From Nanobdellota archaeon (GTDB lineage: Archaea; Nanobdellota; Nanobdellia; Pacearchaeales; GW2011-AR1): 64,000 nucleotides of DNA. This document shows positions 1-9,801 of the stretch, piece by piece. Numbering within the stretch: position 1 is the stretch's first letter; every line of letters starts with the position of its first letter. The DNA lies in contig JAHIWS010000017.1 in NCBI GenBank assembly GCA_018815925.1, positions 15,285 to 79,284 on the forward strand, written 5' to 3'. The position numbers and the translations under genes were made by a program. The notes beneath the pieces were generated by a model. That model was not told where the DNA came from. It worked only from the letters and a program-made list of their open reading frames with translations, and did no database searches.

Positions 1-33
1 TATCTTTATATATGATTTAAATGAATTGTTTTT

Positions 34-723
34 ATGAATAGTCTCTCTTTAATCATTCCAGTCCATAATGGAGAAAAATTCATAGAAAGAAGCTTAAAAG
101 AGTATTTTGATTTTTTTACAAAAAGATTCCAAAAATTAGAGATTGTTGTTGTTTGTAACGCATGTACAGATAATACCTTCAACAAATCTTTGAATTTTTC
201 TTCTAAATTTCCTTTAAAGGTTCTAAATGTTCCAGAAAGAGGTAAAGGAAATGCTTTAATTGCTGGGTTTGGTCAAGCACAAAACGAAATAATTGGATTT
301 TTAGATGCAGATAATTCCTTTGATTTAAATGAAATTTCAAAAATGATTAGTTATTTAGAAAATGCAGATGTGGTTATAGTTTCTAAGTTTAAAAAGAATG
401 ATTTTAAACACCAAACTTCTTTAACAAGAAGATTCTTTTCTTTAGGAGCTTCTTTAGTTTCAAAAATGTTTTTTGGAATAAATGCTAGTGATACTCAAGG
501 GGGAGCAAAATTTATGAAAAGAACTGTCTGGAATAAAATAGATAAAAAATTTATTTGTAAAGGATTTGAATTTGATATAGAACTTCTTTTTAATCTCAAA
601 AAAGTAAATGCAAAAATAAAAGAATATTTTATTTTGCCAAAAACAACAGATTTCAGCACAGTAAAATTAAGAATTTTACCGGGAATTATATTTAGATTAT
701 TAAAATTAAGATTTTTAAGATGA
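34..723 (+). CDS. Glycosyltransferase family 2 (dolichyl-phosphate glycosyltransferase-like)
   Basis: N-terminal SLIIPVHN, RGKGNAL, DxD motif (FLDAD), DTQGGAK and GFEFDIELL motifs typical of Dol-P-Glc/Man synthase-like GT2. Confidence 0.85.
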   Translation: MNSLSLIIPVHNGEKFIERSLKEYFDFFTKRFQKLEIVVVCNACTDNTFNKSLNFSSKFPLKVLNVPERGKGNALIAGFGQAQNEIIGFLDADNSFDLNEISKMISYLENADVVIVSKFKKNDFKHQTSLTRRFFSLGASLVSKMFFGINASDTQGGAKFMKRTVWNKIDKKFICKGFEFDIELLFNLKKVNAKIKEYFILPKTTDFSTVKLRILPGIIFRLLKLRFLR

Positions 724-1502
724 AAAAAATGCTTTTAACTTTAGATGTAGAGGAATTTGACCTCCCCTTACAGTTTAATCAAAAAATTTCTGAAAAAGAA
801 ATGTATGAAACTTCTAAAAAAGGATTAGTTTTACTTTTGAATCTTTTAGATAAATATAAAATTAAAGCAACTTTTTTTACTACTGCAAATTTTGCTAAAA
901 AATACCCTAAACTAATCAAATCTTTAATACTAAAAAAACATGAAATAGCAAGTCATGGATATTCTCATTCAGATTCTTTTCAAACAATCGATCAATTAAA
1001 AAAAGCAAAAAAAGAATTAGAAAAAATAACAAAATTTAAGATTAAAGGGTTTAGGGCTCCAAGATTTAATATACAAAATATAAATATTCTACCTGGATTA
1101 GGTTTTAAATATGATTCTTCTTTACATCCAACATTTATTCCAGGGAGATATAATAATTTTTTTAAATCAAGACAGATTCATAAAATTGGAAAGATTATTG
1201 AAATTCCCCCTTCTACAACCCCTTTTGTAAGACTGCCTTTGTTTTGGCTTGCTTTTAAAAATTTAGGAATTAATTATGCTAAGCAAACAACAAAATTTAA
1301 TTTTTTAGATTCAAAATATACAATGCTTTTATTTCATCCCTGGGAATTTACAGACATCTCAAAATTTAAGGTCCCAAATTATATAAAAAAGAATAATGGA
1401 AAAAAACTACTAAAAATATTAGAAAATTACATCTTATTCTGCTTAAAAAAAGGATATGAGTTTGATACTGTTGAAAGTTATTTGGAAAACAATAAAATTT
1501 AA
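720..1502 (+). CDS. Polysaccharide deacetylase (NodB/CE4, DUF3473-type)
   Basis: LTLDVEE, ATFF, HEIASHGYSH, GFRAP, YDSS and FHPWEF motifs; ATGA overlap with the GT2 gene. Confidence 0.88.
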   Translation: MKKMLLTLDVEEFDLPLQFNQKISEKEMYETSKKGLVLLLNLLDKYKIKATFFTTANFAKKYPKLIKSLILKKHEIASHGYSHSDSFQTIDQLKKAKKELEKITKFKIKGFRAPRFNIQNINILPGLGFKYDSSLHPTFIPGRYNNFFKSRQIHKIGKIIEIPPSTTPFVRLPLFWLAFKNLGINYAKQTTKFNFLDSKYTMLLFHPWEFTDISKFKVPNYIKKNNGKKLLKILENYILFCLKKGYEFDTVESYLENNKI

Positions 1503-1532
1503 AAACAAGGTTTGGGGTCTTTTTCTATAAAA

Positions 1533-2339
1533 ATGAATGTGGATCTTCATAATCATTTAGGTCCAAATGGGACTAACCCAGGATTTGATGAAACAATTGA
1601 TATAGCTTATTCTAGGTTAGGGGATGGAGGGATCTTTGGTATTTGTAATGATGGGCCAGATGACTCCAGATATGAAAAATTTGTAAATCAAAAACCAGAA
1701 AAATATGAAAGAATTTTTACAGATGATTTCAAAAAATATGTTTATGTTCCTCAAAAAAGAATAAGTATAGTAAAGGTTGAAGAAGTTGAACCTAGAGAAG
1801 GGCATTTTTTAGCTGTAGGTATGCCTTCAATTAAGAGAATATGGAAAAATAAAAATCCTCCAAGTCTTGAAGATGCATTAAAATCAGCAGAAGATTTTGA
1901 TGCAATTAAAATTATTGTCCATCCTTTTTCAAGAGATGGCCTTGGAGAATATCTTAATGAGAATTTTCCCCTATTAGAAGAATTTGATGCATGGGAAGTT
2001 TATAATGCGTCGGCAGAACTTTTAATTCCTGGTTTGCTTCCAAAAAATGCAAATAAAAAAGCCCAAGATTATTATAAGAATTTTATAGATCAGAATACTC
2101 CTTTAGGGTCTTTTAGCTCCATTGGAGCATGTGCATTTACAGATGGACATTCTGCAGAAGTTATTGGAACTAGTTATACAAAGATAAAAGATAATGGGGG
2201 TTTGTTTTTGTTAATGTTAAAATCAGGAATAAAACAAAATAAGAATTTTGATAATTTATATATGCAACCTGCAAAAAAAGATGCTTTAAAACATTGTTAT
2301 CATATGGCTAAACAAATTGCTTTTAAAATTCTTGCTTAA
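1533..2339 (+). CDS. PHP-domain metal-dependent phosphoesterase-like protein
   Basis: VDLHNH, HFL, IVHPF, EVYNA and TDGHS motifs; ATG at 1533 preferred to TTG at 1512. Confidence 0.7.
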   Translation: MNVDLHNHLGPNGTNPGFDETIDIAYSRLGDGGIFGICNDGPDDSRYEKFVNQKPEKYERIFTDDFKKYVYVPQKRISIVKVEEVEPREGHFLAVGMPSIKRIWKNKNPPSLEDALKSAEDFDAIKIIVHPFSRDGLGEYLNENFPLLEEFDAWEVYNASAELLIPGLLPKNANKKAQDYYKNFIDQNTPLGSFSSIGACAFTDGHSAEVIGTSYTKIKDNGGLFLLMLKSGIKQNKNFDNLYMQPAKKDALKHCYHMAKQIAFKILA

Positions 2340-3799
2340 TTTTTCTTTAAAGAAAAATCCCTTAAATGACCTAGAACTGCTTTGAAACCTCTTAAATTTA
2401 AAATTATTTCATCTTTACTTCTCATAGCAAGCATCCTAGATAAGATATATTGAGGAGTTAGAAAAATAGTGTAAATTTTACCACAAATAGCAGCAATCTC
2501 ACTGGCTCTTGAATCTTTTGTTTTTAATACAGGTTCTCTCATATCATATCTTTCATAATCTAGGGGGTTAAATAAAAACCACTTTTTCTGTTTTGCTTCT
2601 TTCCATAAAGGGGTTCCAGGATAAGGAATTAACACAGTTGCTTGAAGTAAGCCGGCATCTCCTGATTGCATTAGTTTTTTAGCTAATTCAAGAGTCCTAA
2701 GAGCATCTTTCTTAGTTTCCCAAGGATAACCAACAATCATTGTCAAATGTACTGTTAAACCAGCTTTTTTAGCCATTTTACACCCATTTATAATGTCTTT
2801 AATTTTTACTCCTTTGTTTAATTTATCTAAGGTTATTTGGTTTCCTGATTCTAATCCAAATTTTAAAAGTCTAAAGCCTGCTTTTTTCATTAGATTATAA
2901 TCTTCTTGATTTAAGACTCCAAATCTCATATTACAAGAATATCTTATTTTTTTATTATAACCTCTTTTAATTAATCCCTTGCAAAGATCTCTTAACCATT
3001 TTCCAGTCATGAGTGTTCCAGAATCATCAAAAATTTCTTTAGCATTATATTTTTTAATTAATTCTCCAATTTCATCTAACACGTTTTTTACACCCCTGAC
3101 TCTAAATTTAGGAAAAAGAGTTGGCCAAGCACAAAATTTACATTTTCCCCACCAGCAATCTCTTCCAGACATTATATAAAAATATGGTTTTCTACTTATG
3201 TTATATTCTGTTTGATAAAGCCACCATTTTGTTAAACTTCTATCAGTAAAAGGGAGTTCATCAAGATTGTGTTTTAATTCAAATTTTCCAGAGCTTACAA
3301 TCTTATTTTTTTCTCTGTAATAAATGCCTTTTGGAATTTTTTTAATTTTTCCCTCTAGGAAATCAATTAAACCATCTATTAAAAAATCAAAATCTCCCCC
3401 ACAGAGAATAAAATCAATTTTTGAATTTTGCAGAGATTCTTTAGGCAAAGAAGTTACATGGTCTCCCATTAAAATTATTTTTAATTTTGGAAATTTTTCT
3501 TTTAATTTATTAATTGTTTTCCAATGCTGTTTTATTACAGGAGTCTTGGTTTCAAATGCAAAAAGATCTGGTTTTTCTTTTTTAATTATTTTTTCAAATT
3601 CAGACCAATTTATTCCTTCTGCAACACAATCTAGCCATTTTACCTTATGTCCTTTGAATTTTAATAAACTAGCTGCACTCCCTAAAACAACAGGGTAGAG
3701 ATAAGAAGCATTGCTGAACCACTGAAATTGTCTGTTTTGTGATAACAAAGCTATTCCTTTTTCAGATTCTGTGGGAGGATAACCAATGAGAATTTTCAT
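2336..3799 (-). CDS. B12-binding-domain radical SAM protein (HpnJ/BchE-like)
   Basis: N-terminal cobalamin-binding-type domain (ILMGDHVT), RDCWWGKCKFC cluster motif, FGLESGNQ, VGYPWET, PYPGTPL. Confidence 0.85.
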   Translation of the reverse strand: MKILIGYPPTESEKGIALLSQNRQFQWFSNASYLYPVVLGSAASLLKFKGHKVKWLDCVAEGINWSEFEKIIKKEKPDLFAFETKTPVIKQHWKTINKLKEKFPKLKIILMGDHVTSLPKESLQNSKIDFILCGGDFDFLIDGLIDFLEGKIKKIPKGIYYREKNKIVSSGKFELKHNLDELPFTDRSLTKWWLYQTEYNISRKPYFYIMSGRDCWWGKCKFCAWPTLFPKFRVRGVKNVLDEIGELIKKYNAKEIFDDSGTLMTGKWLRDLCKGLIKRGYNKKIRYSCNMRFGVLNQEDYNLMKKAGFRLLKFGLESGNQITLDKLNKGVKIKDIINGCKMAKKAGLTVHLTMIVGYPWETKKDALRTLELAKKLMQSGDAGLLQATVLIPYPGTPLWKEAKQKKWFLFNPLDYERYDMREPVLKTKDSRASEIAAICGKIYTIFLTPQYILSRMLAMRSKDEIILNLRGFKAVLGHLRDFSLKKN

Positions 3800-3835
3800 T
3801 TAAATTTTTTAATCAAAGTCTTTTTTAAACTTTAT

Positions 3836-4819
3836 TTATCTTATATTTAGACCTCTATTAGCTTGTATATTCTTATTCTTAAAAAGAATTCCATAAATCC
3901 ATCCAAAACCATAGTAAAAATGAGTTAAGATTGTGGTGGTTGTTATCCAGAAAGTTATATTAATATTTTTGTGGATGCTTGTAGAAAATATAATAAGCAA
4001 ATAAATAAGCATTAAAAATAAAAAAATAACTTTAATAATTGAAGAAAAAAAAGACAAAATAATACCTCCAACAACTCCTAAAGTAAATATGCTTAATACA
4101 GAGTAATAGAATTTATCAAGAGTAAATTTTTTTTTAGATAACCATGCGATATCTCTTCCATAAATAAACATCTGTTTTAAATGTTTTTTTAAGGTATCTC
4201 TTCTATGGTGAAACACAACAACATCTTTAGCATATAAAATTTTATACCCTTGATCTTCTACTTTAAAACAAAATTCAGAATCTTCAGCAGTTAAAAAAGA
4301 GGGATCATATTTTGGAGAAATTTCTTTTCTTGAAATATAGTTGCAAGATGGAAGTTCTTTCACAAAACAATTTTTACTTTTTTTGTACCTTACACAGGCA
4401 TCTCCACTTGTCCAAAAATTAGAAAGTACATACCCTGAAATTTTTTCCCAGAAATTTCCTTCAGTAGGTGTCAGATTTGGGCCACCAACAATCCCAATTT
4501 TTTCTTCTTTAAAATATTGCATTGCATTTTTAAGCCAATCTTTTTCAGGATAAGCATCAGAATCAATAAATGCAAAAAAATTCCCTTTAGATTTTTCCAT
4601 ACCAAGATTTCTCTTAAAAGCTGGTTTAACAGGGCCTGTTTCTATTATTCTTAATTTTTTATCTTTATATTTTTTTGAAGCTTCTCTATCAATTGTGTCA
4701 GGAAGAATTAAAATTTCAAAATCTTCATAATCTAATTTTAAACATTTAATAATACATTTTCCAGTCATAAAGTCTATTTCTCTACAAGGAACTATTATTG
4801 AGACTTTTTTCATTCCCAT
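3836..4819 (-). CDS. Glycosyltransferase family 2 with C-terminal TM helices
   Basis: VSIIVP, KRNLG, FIDSDA, AEDSEF, VFHHRR; hydrophobic C-terminus. Confidence 0.88.
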   Translation of the reverse strand: MGMKKVSIIVPCREIDFMTGKCIIKCLKLDYEDFEILILPDTIDREASKKYKDKKLRIIETGPVKPAFKRNLGMEKSKGNFFAFIDSDAYPEKDWLKNAMQYFKEEKIGIVGGPNLTPTEGNFWEKISGYVLSNFWTSGDACVRYKKSKNCFVKELPSCNYISRKEISPKYDPSFLTAEDSEFCFKVEDQGYKILYAKDVVVFHHRRDTLKKHLKQMFIYGRDIAWLSKKKFTLDKFYYSVLSIFTLGVVGGIILSFFSSIIKVIFLFLMLIYLLIIFSTSIHKNINITFWITTTTILTHFYYGFGWIYGILFKNKNIQANRGLNIR

Positions 4820-5742
4820 CCTTTATTTTTTATGCTTAAAAAACTTCCTATAATTGCTGGAATAATTCCATAAAGAATAAAAGTTAAAAGAGACATAGAA
4901 AAAACTTTAGCACTTCCAAGCCCAAACAACGAAAAGAGGGTGATAAGTGTTGCTTCTCTTGTTCCTAAACCATTTATGGTTATAGGTATTAAAGCTATTA
5001 TCGTTCCTATTGAAAGGATAGCAAGAAAATAATAAAAAGGAAGATTTATTCCTAAAGAAACCCCTATAATGTAAGTTACAAAATATATTACAATCCAATT
5101 AAACATATTAAAAACAGAAAAAAGAAGGAACTCTCTTTTTTTTGGAATTTTTTCATAAAAAGAATCAAAAGCTTTTCTAGCTCTTTCTTTTATTTTTTTT
5201 GGAACCAAATATATATAAAAAATTCTTAATATTGGTTTACTTCTGTCTTTTTTTATAAATAACAAAAAAAGTAAGATCCCTGTAAGGAAAATAGTTATTA
5301 AAAGGGATATTGGAATAATTTCTAAGTCTTTTCCAATTAAAATAGAAAAAATTATTGCTAAAAAGAAGATAGAAAAAATATCTAAAAATTTATCTAAAAC
5401 AAAATTACTAAAACCCCTCCCCCTATTTTGAGTATATTTTTTTAAATATTCCACTCTCAAAATTGTTCCTAGTTTAGAAGGAGTAATAAAAGAATAAAAA
5501 TTAGTTATAAGGTTTATCTTAAATGCATCTTTGAAAGGTATTTTTATTTCTTGTTTTCTAGCTATTACAAACCATTTTAGGGTTTCAGTGATAAGTACAA
5601 GAAATACAAAAAAAAGAGCAATAAATAGTAAAAAAAGATTAGCATTTTTTATTTCTTGAATAATTTCTGAGAGATCTAATTTAATTAAAAGATATATGAA
5701 AATTAAAATTCCTATAAGTGGAAGAAATCTTTTAATTTTCAT
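4810..5742 (-). CDS. Lysylphosphatidylglycerol-synthase TM / flippase-like membrane protein (UPF0104)
   Basis: Multi-TM protein with TPSKLG..LR and PITINGLGTRE motifs, inside a glycosylation cluster. Confidence 0.82.
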   Translation of the reverse strand: MKIKRFLPLIGILIFIYLLIKLDLSEIIQEIKNANLFLLFIALFFVFLVLITETLKWFVIARKQEIKIPFKDAFKINLITNFYSFITPSKLGTILRVEYLKKYTQNRGRGFSNFVLDKFLDIFSIFFLAIIFSILIGKDLEIIPISLLITIFLTGILLFLLFIKKDRSKPILRIFYIYLVPKKIKERARKAFDSFYEKIPKKREFLLFSVFNMFNWIVIYFVTYIIGVSLGINLPFYYFLAILSIGTIIALIPITINGLGTREATLITLFSLFGLGSAKVFSMSLLTFILYGIIPAIIGSFLSIKNKGWE

Positions 5743-6746
5743 GTAAATAAAACCCCTCTAAAAAAAACTAATGATAATCCTATTAATATTAATTGGAATA
5801 AAAAGATTAAATAAACAACATCTTTTTCATAAACTCTTTTTTTAATTTTACTAAGGATAAGAATAAAAAGGTGTGTTAAACTATAAATTTTTTTATATGG
5901 CATTTCTAAAAAACCTTCTTTATTTGGTTTACCATAACATTGTTTTACCAACCTACCTCTTATTGTTAGGATTGTTTCAATTATATAGGGGATAAAGATA
6001 AAGATGGCAATTTTTTCAAAATTTCCTAAAATAGCCATAATTGCTATTAATGCCCCTATACTATATGTGAGAACATCTCCGGGAAAGACTTGTGCAGGAT
6101 ATTTATTAAAAAAATAAAAAGCCAATAATGAAACAACCATACACAATCCAAGAATTGATAACCAAGTACTTCCAGTTTTATAGGAAACAAAGGATAAAAA
6201 ACCAATTATTAAGACTCCTTGTCCTGCTTCTAATCCATTAAAACCAGCAAGAAAATTATAACTAATTGTAGCACCTAAGATTCCAAGCGGAATAAGAAAT
6301 AAGGGGTATATTAAACCAAGATTTGTGTGTCCAAAAAAGGGAATTAATACTTGATGTACTCCTGCATTTATAACTATCAAAGGAATTGTACCCCCCAGAA
6401 CCAAAAAGATTCTTGTTTTTTTTCCAAGACCTATTTTCCATCCAAAAAAATCATCCATAATTCCAACATAAGAAATTATTATTATTGAAGTTGTCAAAGC
6501 AAAAATTTCAGTTAAATTTGTTAGGTCTTTAAAATAAAAAGTTTTTATAGCAATGTAAATCAACACACCAATAAGAAAACCTAAAATTACAATTATTCCT
6601 CCAGATTCTGCTATTTCTAATTTACTTAACTTATTCAAATCTTTGCCTGTTAACCTAGTCTTTTTTGCTTTTTTTATCCAGGATGGTAAAACTAACATAG
6701 TTACAAAAAAACTTGTTAATAAGGGGATAAATAAGAGTGATTGCAT
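5739..6746 (-). CDS. aglH: UDP-GlcNAc:dolichyl-phosphate GlcNAc-1-phosphate transferase (MraY/GPT family)
   Basis: GKDLNK, ESGG, GIMDD, NFLAGFNGLEAG and FNKYPAQVFPGD motifs; adjacent to aglB. Confidence 0.85.
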   Translation of the reverse strand: MQSLLFIPLLTSFFVTMLVLPSWIKKAKKTRLTGKDLNKLSKLEIAESGGIIVILGFLIGVLIYIAIKTFYFKDLTNLTEIFALTTSIIIISYVGIMDDFFGWKIGLGKKTRIFLVLGGTIPLIVINAGVHQVLIPFFGHTNLGLIYPLFLIPLGILGATISYNFLAGFNGLEAGQGVLIIGFLSFVSYKTGSTWLSILGLCMVVSLLAFYFFNKYPAQVFPGDVLTYSIGALIAIMAILGNFEKIAIFIFIPYIIETILTIRGRLVKQCYGKPNKEGFLEMPYKKIYSLTHLFILILSKIKKRVYEKDVVYLIFLFQLILIGLSLVFFRGVLFT

Positions 6747-6784
6747 TTTTTGAAATAGTTTTAATATTTTTTAAATATCACCTA

Positions 6785-9709
6785 TTATAATTTCCATTTA
6801 ATGTATTTGGAAGCATCTTTATCTAGATATTCTTCACGGATTTGTTCTTCTCCAGTATATTCTATTTCCCATATTTTAATTGGGCCTTGGATTCCTTGAT
6901 AATAGATAAATTCAGGAAGATTCATCCCTTGATTACGTAATTGATCAATAATAAGGTTTTGTTCAGAATGAACTAATTCAAAGTTTTGGAATTTTTTTAA
7001 AGGATCATCTAGGATATATATTTGAGCCACCATGCCCCTCATTAATCTGGGGGAAATGTACATTGCAGCCCCAAGAACATTAGATGTTAAACTTTGTCCT
7101 TGTTGTTTCATGGCTGGGAAAACATAAATTGCTGCTTCAATACCAGATTTAAAATCAACAAATTCTCCAGATATAGAAAGATATCTTAAGTTTACTTGGT
7201 ATTGTTGTCCTTGATAAACCATTATTACATAAGGTTGGGAAAATGTGGTTTTATTTTCTTTTTTTTCTACAGAAAGAATTATTGCTCCTGCTCCTGCTTG
7301 TTGTGCTGGAAGTAATATCTCTTTGTCATCCTTTGTTATTATTAAATCTTCATCCAATGCACTTCCTCCAGAATAAACATAAATAGTTTGATTTTTGGTT
7401 TCATGTGTTTGTTTTTCATCTTGTAAAAAGACCCCAATCCAAGAATATCTATCATAATTTTCATCACTTCCAATGCTTGAATAAGCCCCATATTTACCAA
7501 TATCTGAAGAATCAATTAGAAGATGTGTTGCATTATGGTTATATAAAAATTCCAAAGCATTTTTTTGATTATCTCCTGTTAACACATGCCTGCCCATCAA
7601 GTAGTTCCAATAAGTGATTGCATTTCCCCCATCTAAGACAGTAGCTCTATTTCCTATGCTTTGGACCCAATATCCATAATCCCACCAATGTGAAAATACA
7701 GCATCTTGTGGTGTTTCATCTCTAACCCATTGCATTGCTTTTTGCCATTGTTGGTTATAATAAGATGGTATAAAATTATATGCTTGTACTTTTATTGTTT
7801 TATAAAAATTCCAAAAAACAAACATACTCAATATAAGTATTATAATAATAAATACTCCTATAAATAGCTTTTGAGTTTCCTCATTTGTTTTTTTAAATTT
7901 GTCAATTGATTCAACAATAAGATAAGAAACAAAAATAGGAGCAATTGGAGCTAAAACCATTGTAAGCCTTACAGCACCTCTTGCACTAAACAAACATAAA
8001 ATAAATAAAACAAACAAAAATAAATATTCATAAGAAATTTGTTGAAAATTATTATTCCCTTCCTTGTAATATTTATCATAATAATAAATTAAAACACCTA
8101 TTAGAAGTATAGCAGAAAGATAATAAAAGCTTTTACTTATAAAATTTTCACCATTTAAAATACTTGATGAAGAATATCTCGAAAAAATCATACCAAATAA
8201 AAATAAAATGTAAAATCCAGTTAAAACCCAATTATCTTTATTTTTTATCTTATTCAACATTTTTCTAAATAAAACTATAGAACCGATTATAAATGACCAA
8301 AATAAGATAGGGATATTTTTAATAAAAGGACCAAAACTTGATCCCCATTCTGTAAAAAAAGGTTGCCTATTTTCAGCAACAGTTGTGTTCCATCTCCCGA
8401 TTACAGGCCTAAACATTGTTTGATGAATTGCTTTTATTTTACTAATAATAAAGTCAGGACCAAAAAAAATCAAGGCAAAAAAGAAAATCAAAACTATTGC
8501 AATAATTAAAGAGATAATTGTCTTTGGAAATTTTAGATTTTTTAGAAATTTTATGTTCCCTAATTTTGTATTGTTGAGGATAAAATGAACAGTCATAATA
8601 AAAAAAACTAAAAAAACCAAGCCTGTATTTATTGATGTAAGGAGACTAATCAATGAAAATTTATTTGTAAGGAGAAGCAATAATGAAAAAGAAGTAAAAA
8701 ACCAAAGAGTGTATATTAAAAATTCTTTTTTATTTATTTTGTTTAAAATAAAAGCAATCAAGTTTGTAGCAGAAATAACAATAAAAATATACATTACCCC
8801 TCCCCAAATTAGCCCCATACAAGCAGTAGAAATTCCTGCTAAAATTGTTAGGATAGAAGCTTTTTTTATTTTTTCAGTTTTCCAAGCTTTTAAGAAAAGA
8901 TAAAATGTAAGAAACATAAAAAAGAAAGCAGCTGATTCTTTTTCAGGAATACCTGCAACTGTTCTTGATAAGAAAACAGGAATAACAATCATGAAAAATG
9001 TGGAAATCAAGGCTATAGTATTAGCTTTAAGTATGCTTTTTTTGGAATTTTTTATAAAAATTTCTCTAACAAACAAAAAGAAAGAGATTATTGTTAATGC
9101 AAACATTATTACAGGAAAGATAACCCCTGCAAGTTCAATATTAGCCTCCATGAAAATATTTAATATGTGGTAAGTCCAATCTATCAGGCGTGGGAGAAGC
9201 ATAGATTCTTTACTCATATCAAATCCCAAGGGAACATTTCTCATCATATCTATTTTTGGTAATGAACCTTCTTCAACAATAATTTTAGCATATCTTTCAA
9301 ATAACCAAGGATCTAAGTCAGGTCCAAGAGTCCAAGTATTTGTTGTTATATCCCATAAACCTGGTGTGCCTCCATGATCTTGCATCGGAAGGCTTCTAAT
9401 ATAAATCCCTAAAATTAATGCAATGATTAATACACCCATAACCCAGATTTGTTTATTTTTTAAAAAATTAATTATTTTCTTTTTTCTTTCCTCTATTTCG
9501 TCTTTTGGTTCAGTTATTTTAGTTGTTATAGGCAATTCTGAAACAGCTTCTGAAATTTTTTCTTCTTTTTCTGCTATTTCTAGATTTACTACTTCTTGTT
9601 TTGGAACACTTTTTTGTATTTCTTTACTTATATCTTCAGAGTACTCTTTTTTTTCCTTAGTGCCTGAAGTTTTATCTTTAGGTGCTTGTTCTTTATTTTC
9701 TCCAATCAT
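6785..9709 (-). CDS. aglB: Oligosaccharyltransferase AglB (STT3 family)
   Basis: WWDYGYW motif, DLDPW, TVAEN, many TM helices; charged N-terminal extension. Confidence 0.95.
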   Translation of the reverse strand: MIGENKEQAPKDKTSGTKEKKEYSEDISKEIQKSVPKQEVVNLEIAEKEEKISEAVSELPITTKITEPKDEIEERKKKIINFLKNKQIWVMGVLIIALILGIYIRSLPMQDHGGTPGLWDITTNTWTLGPDLDPWLFERYAKIIVEEGSLPKIDMMRNVPLGFDMSKESMLLPRLIDWTYHILNIFMEANIELAGVIFPVIMFALTIISFFLFVREIFIKNSKKSILKANTIALISTFFMIVIPVFLSRTVAGIPEKESAAFFFMFLTFYLFLKAWKTEKIKKASILTILAGISTACMGLIWGGVMYIFIVISATNLIAFILNKINKKEFLIYTLWFFTSFSLLLLLTNKFSLISLLTSINTGLVFLVFFIMTVHFILNNTKLGNIKFLKNLKFPKTIISLIIAIVLIFFFALIFFGPDFIISKIKAIHQTMFRPVIGRWNTTVAENRQPFFTEWGSSFGPFIKNIPILFWSFIIGSIVLFRKMLNKIKNKDNWVLTGFYILFLFGMIFSRYSSSSILNGENFISKSFYYLSAILLIGVLIYYYDKYYKEGNNNFQQISYEYLFLFVLFILCLFSARGAVRLTMVLAPIAPIFVSYLIVESIDKFKKTNEETQKLFIGVFIIIILILSMFVFWNFYKTIKVQAYNFIPSYYNQQWQKAMQWVRDETPQDAVFSHWWDYGYWVQSIGNRATVLDGGNAITYWNYLMGRHVLTGDNQKNALEFLYNHNATHLLIDSSDIGKYGAYSSIGSDENYDRYSWIGVFLQDEKQTHETKNQTIYVYSGGSALDEDLIITKDDKEILLPAQQAGAGAIILSVEKKENKTTFSQPYVIMVYQGQQYQVNLRYLSISGEFVDFKSGIEAAIYVFPAMKQQGQSLTSNVLGAAMYISPRLMRGMVAQIYILDDPLKKFQNFELVHSEQNLIIDQLRNQGMNLPEFIYYQGIQGPIKIWEIEYTGEEQIREEYLDKDASKYIKWKL
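9652..9686. repeat. Dispersed hairpin repeat, copy 1 (in-frame within the aglB N-terminal extension)
   Basis: TTTCCTTAGTGCCTGAAGT is identical to 16996-17014; arms AGTGCCTGAAG/CTTTAGGTGCT pair with G:T wobbles. Confidence 0.7.
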
Positions 9710-9801
9710 TTTAGATTATATGAAAGAAAATTAACCTCTATATAAAGATTTCTTATAAAAAAAAGGTAGGTGTTTGTATCTTATCTACTTACAAAAAATT
9801 A

